A stretch of DNA of 57,876 nucleotides from an uncultured Planctomycetales bacterium. Lineage in GTDB: Bacteria; Omnitrophota; Gorgyraeia; Zapsychrales; JAHFFX01. The DNA lies in NCBI GenBank assembly GCA_964372915.1, contig CAYJRN010000007.1, positions 1 to 57,876 on the forward strand, written 5' to 3'. Under the pieces are notes generated by a model, which was not told the origin of the DNA, did no database searches, and saw only the letters and a program-made list of their open reading frames with translations. Position numbers and translations under genes: made by a program. Positions 55,848-57,876 of this stretch are shown piece after piece; the first letter of the stretch is position 1, and every line of letters begins with the position of its first letter.

Positions 55848-56498
55848 ATGTCAAGACGAACATCTCAGCGCAAGAAATTTAGAATCTCTAGAAAATTAAT
55901 TATAACAATCCTTATTGTTCTTGTTGTTGCAATTATGGCCTTAGACTCTATGCAGCGTTCCAAACGGTCTCTGTCCCCTCAGCTTGCCTCTGACCGTGTC
56001 TTAGGGAATCCCGACTCACCACTACGGATCACAGAATTTATTGATTTCCAATGCCATGAATGTGCAAAAGCATTTTTCCTACTGCATGAATTAATAGAAA
56101 AATATCCTTCGCAAATTTACATTGAAGTCAAATATTTTCCATTGGGTCAGCCTCATTCCTTGGATAGTGCCATTTATGCCGAGTGTGCGGCTCGGCAGGG
56201 AAAGTTTTGGGAATATATTGAGCTTCTGTTTAAGAGACAATCCCAATGGAGGAGTTTAACGGATGCAAATCCGATGTATCAGGCGATGGCGCAAGAGGCG
56301 GGTTTAGACCTTTTAAAGATGAATTCCTGTGTGCGAAGCAACGAGGCAAGCTCGGCTGTCTTGGCCGATAAGGTTCATGGGGAAGCCTCGTTTGTCAAAA
56401 TGACGCCCACCTTTTTTATTAATAAGAAAATGTTTGTAGGGTATAAATCAATAAGTGAAAAACTTAAAAATTATTTTAACGATGATCATTCAGAATAA
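55848..56498 (+). CDS. DsbA-family thiol:disulfide oxidoreductase (membrane-anchored)
   Basis: N-terminal TM segment, thioredoxin-fold CxxC (FQCHECAKAF), and a TPTFFIN motif. Confidence 0.75.
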   Translation: MSRRTSQRKKFRISRKLIITILIVLVVAIMALDSMQRSKRSLSPQLASDRVLGNPDSPLRITEFIDFQCHECAKAFFLLHELIEKYPSQIYIEVKYFPLGQPHSLDSAIYAECAARQGKFWEYIELLFKRQSQWRSLTDANPMYQAMAQEAGLDLLKMNSCVRSNEASSAVLADKVHGEASFVKMTPTFFINKKMFVGYKSISEKLKNYFNDDHSE

Positions 56499-56522
56499 TG
56501 GAATGGGGGAAAGGCTAAGACT

Positions 56523-57876
56523 ATGACAAAACGAGTAATTACATCGGTATTTTTAGGTATTGCATTGAGCGCCTTCTCAGGCTGTGCCTCTGTATCCGCA
56601 AAGCGGGAATTTAAGGATGTACAAAAACAAATTGAATCGAGAACAAAATCGAATATTAAGTGGCAATCTTCCGTTGATAATGAAGAGATCAATCAGGAGA
56701 TGCAGTCTATTCTTCAGAATAAATTAACGGCAGATGACGCTGTCCAGGTAGCAGTTATTAATAACCCGTCTTTGCAAGCTGTATTCGAGGAGTTAGGAAT
56801 TGCCAAAGCGGACTTAGTGAAAGCAGGATTGCTTAAGAATCCCATGTTTGGAGGAAGTATTCGTCAGCCGAGTCATGAAGGAAAAACGAACACTGAATTT
56901 GAAGTGAGGCAGAATCTTCTCGATATTTTTATTTTGCCTTTGCGCAGGAAAATGGCCAGTCAGCAATTGGAGCAGGTTAAATATAGTGTAGGCCAGGCTG
57001 TCCTTAAGCTGGATAGCGAAGTAAGGGCGGGTTATTACACATTTCAGTCAGCTAAACAGATGTATACGATGGAGGAGAAAATTCTTAAAGCGGCTCAATC
57101 CGCAGTGGAATTGGCCGAGCGTCAGCTTAAAGCCGGAAATGTTAATGATCTTTTTCTAACCGGGCAACAACTGGCACTGTATCGGGCTGAAATGGGGCTT
57201 ACTCAAAACGAAGCGGAAGTTGCCGAGGCACATGAAAATTTAGCCCGGCTTATGGGTTTATCTGGATACGACATTTCATGGGATATCCCGGAAGACTTAC
57301 CGTACGTTTCAAAAGAAGAGACCTCTCTAAAAGAATTAGAGTCAAAGGCTTTAGCTATGAATTTTGATCTGGCAGCGGCTAGGCAAGAAGTTAAGGTCAT
57401 GCAAAAAGCCGTCTCAGTCAGCCGTGTGGAAATTATTCCTGATATTGAAGCTGGTTTCAATACAGAGAAAAAATCCGATGGGGGGAAACTCTCAGGGTCT
57501 GTTTTTGAGATTGAGGTACCTTTATTTGATCAAAAGCAGAGTTCCGTTGCTCGTGCGAAAGCAGAATTGCGGCAAAGCGAAAAACGATTAAAGGCTTTAG
57601 AGGATGAGATCCTTGCCGAGGTGCGTTCAAAGTATGCAAAACTTATGGCTGTGAAGAGTTTGGTTGAAACTTATAAAGACATGGTCATTCCTCTACATGC
57701 CCAATTTATTGATTCTTTACAGAAGCATTACAACTATATGCTCGTTGGTGTTTATGACTTGCTGGATGCTAAAAAGGAAGAAGTTGAGGCAATTCATAAA
57801 TTCCTTGAGAACCTAAAAGAGTACTGGGTTATTCGTTCGGAATTGGAAAGTCTAACCGGCGAAAGATTTACTTTTA
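56523..57876 (+). CDS. TolC/CzcC-family outer-membrane efflux lipoprotein, 3'-truncated by window edge
   Basis: My own translation from the ATG at 56523 stays open to the window end; this ORF is not in the supplied track. It has a lipobox (LSAFSGC) and coiled-coil repeats typical of outer-membrane factors (LTADDAVQVAVINNPSLQA..., LKAGNVNDL...). Confidence 0.7.
   Translation, partial: MTKRVITSVFLGIALSAFSGCASVSAKREFKDVQKQIESRTKSNIKWQSSVDNEEINQEMQSILQNKLTADDAVQVAVINNPSLQAVFEELGIAKADLVKAGLLKNPMFGGSIRQPSHEGKTNTEFEVRQNLLDIFILPLRRKMASQQLEQVKYSVGQAVLKLDSEVRAGYYTFQSAKQMYTMEEKILKAAQSAVELAERQLKAGNVNDLFLTGQQLALYRAEMGLTQNEAEVAEAHENLARLMGLSGYDISWDIPEDLPYVSKEETSLKELESKALAMNFDLAAARQEVKVMQKAVSVSRVEIIPDIEAGFNTEKKSDGGKLSGSVFEIEVPLFDQKQSSVARAKAELRQSEKRLKALEDEILAEVRSKYAKLMAVKSLVETYKDMVIPLHAQFIDSLQKHYNYMLVGVYDLLDAKKEEVEAIHKFLENLKEYWVIRSELESLTGERFTF

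Noticed and set aside
1-57876. CRISPR arrays, tRNA or rRNA genes, transposases, integrases and phage genes
   Set aside because: I scanned all intergenic regions longer than 40 nt and the ORF track. I saw no spaced direct-repeat arrays, no cloverleaf-like sequences with a T-loop GTTCRA motif, and no DDE or tyrosine-recombinase-like proteins.

Overview
This is a 57.9-kb bacterial chromosomal window. I could not assign a lineage; the proteins look like those of an uncultivated Gram-negative-type organism. Every gene I can support, about 58 CDS, is on the + strand. I saw no rRNA, tRNA, CRISPR array or transposase.

Gene content by position:
- 1-8.5 kb: a zinc-peptidase-like/ATP-grasp pair, purU, a PD40-like membrane protein, an alpha/beta-hydrolase-like protein that has lost its nucleophile Ser, pepF, a lipoprotein and ridA.
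- 8.5-14.6 kb: an AddA/AddB-type helicase-nuclease pair.
- 14.7-17.3 kb: yggS, proC and mtnP.
- 17.3-19.4 kb: an AT-rich insertion with a 22-bp perfect palindrome, a small basic protein, an AAA+/DUF4143 ATPase-nuclease-like protein and a small membrane protein.
- 19.4-27.4 kb: ileS, a dksA/traR-like gene, lspA, lgt, rluD, a coiled-coil/Pro-Gln repeat protein and aroA.
- 27.6-32.9 kb: mreBCD, PBP2 and rodA.
- 33.0-47.5 kb: a large type IV pilus (T4P) locus.
- 47.5-55.2 kb: rng, rplU, obg, proB, proA, nadD, a phosphohexomutase and plsC.
- 55.3 kb to the window end: an AT-rich module of a Cys/His-rich secreted protein, a DsbA-like protein and a TolC/CzcC-like outer-membrane lipoprotein, truncated at the edge.

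The most interesting signal is that the T4P locus appears wired to cyclic-di-GMP in three separate ways:
- A HAMP-GAF protein with a degenerate GGDEF motif (DDHEF) heads the locus.
- Two stand-alone about 150-aa MshEN/T2SSE_N-type domain proteins bracket two tandem, translationally coupled PilB paralogs. The stand-alone proteins match the tandem 24-aa c-di-GMP-binding motif better than the ATPases do.
- A candidate GEMM-I (c-di-GMP-I) riboswitch, with its own consensus promoter and a strong intrinsic terminator, lies upstream of a pilin gene. That pilin sits in a 673-bp tandem duplication that looks identical by eye, and the two pilin copies differ only in their last few C-terminal residues.

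All calls come from reading the sequence and recalling motifs; no searches were run.
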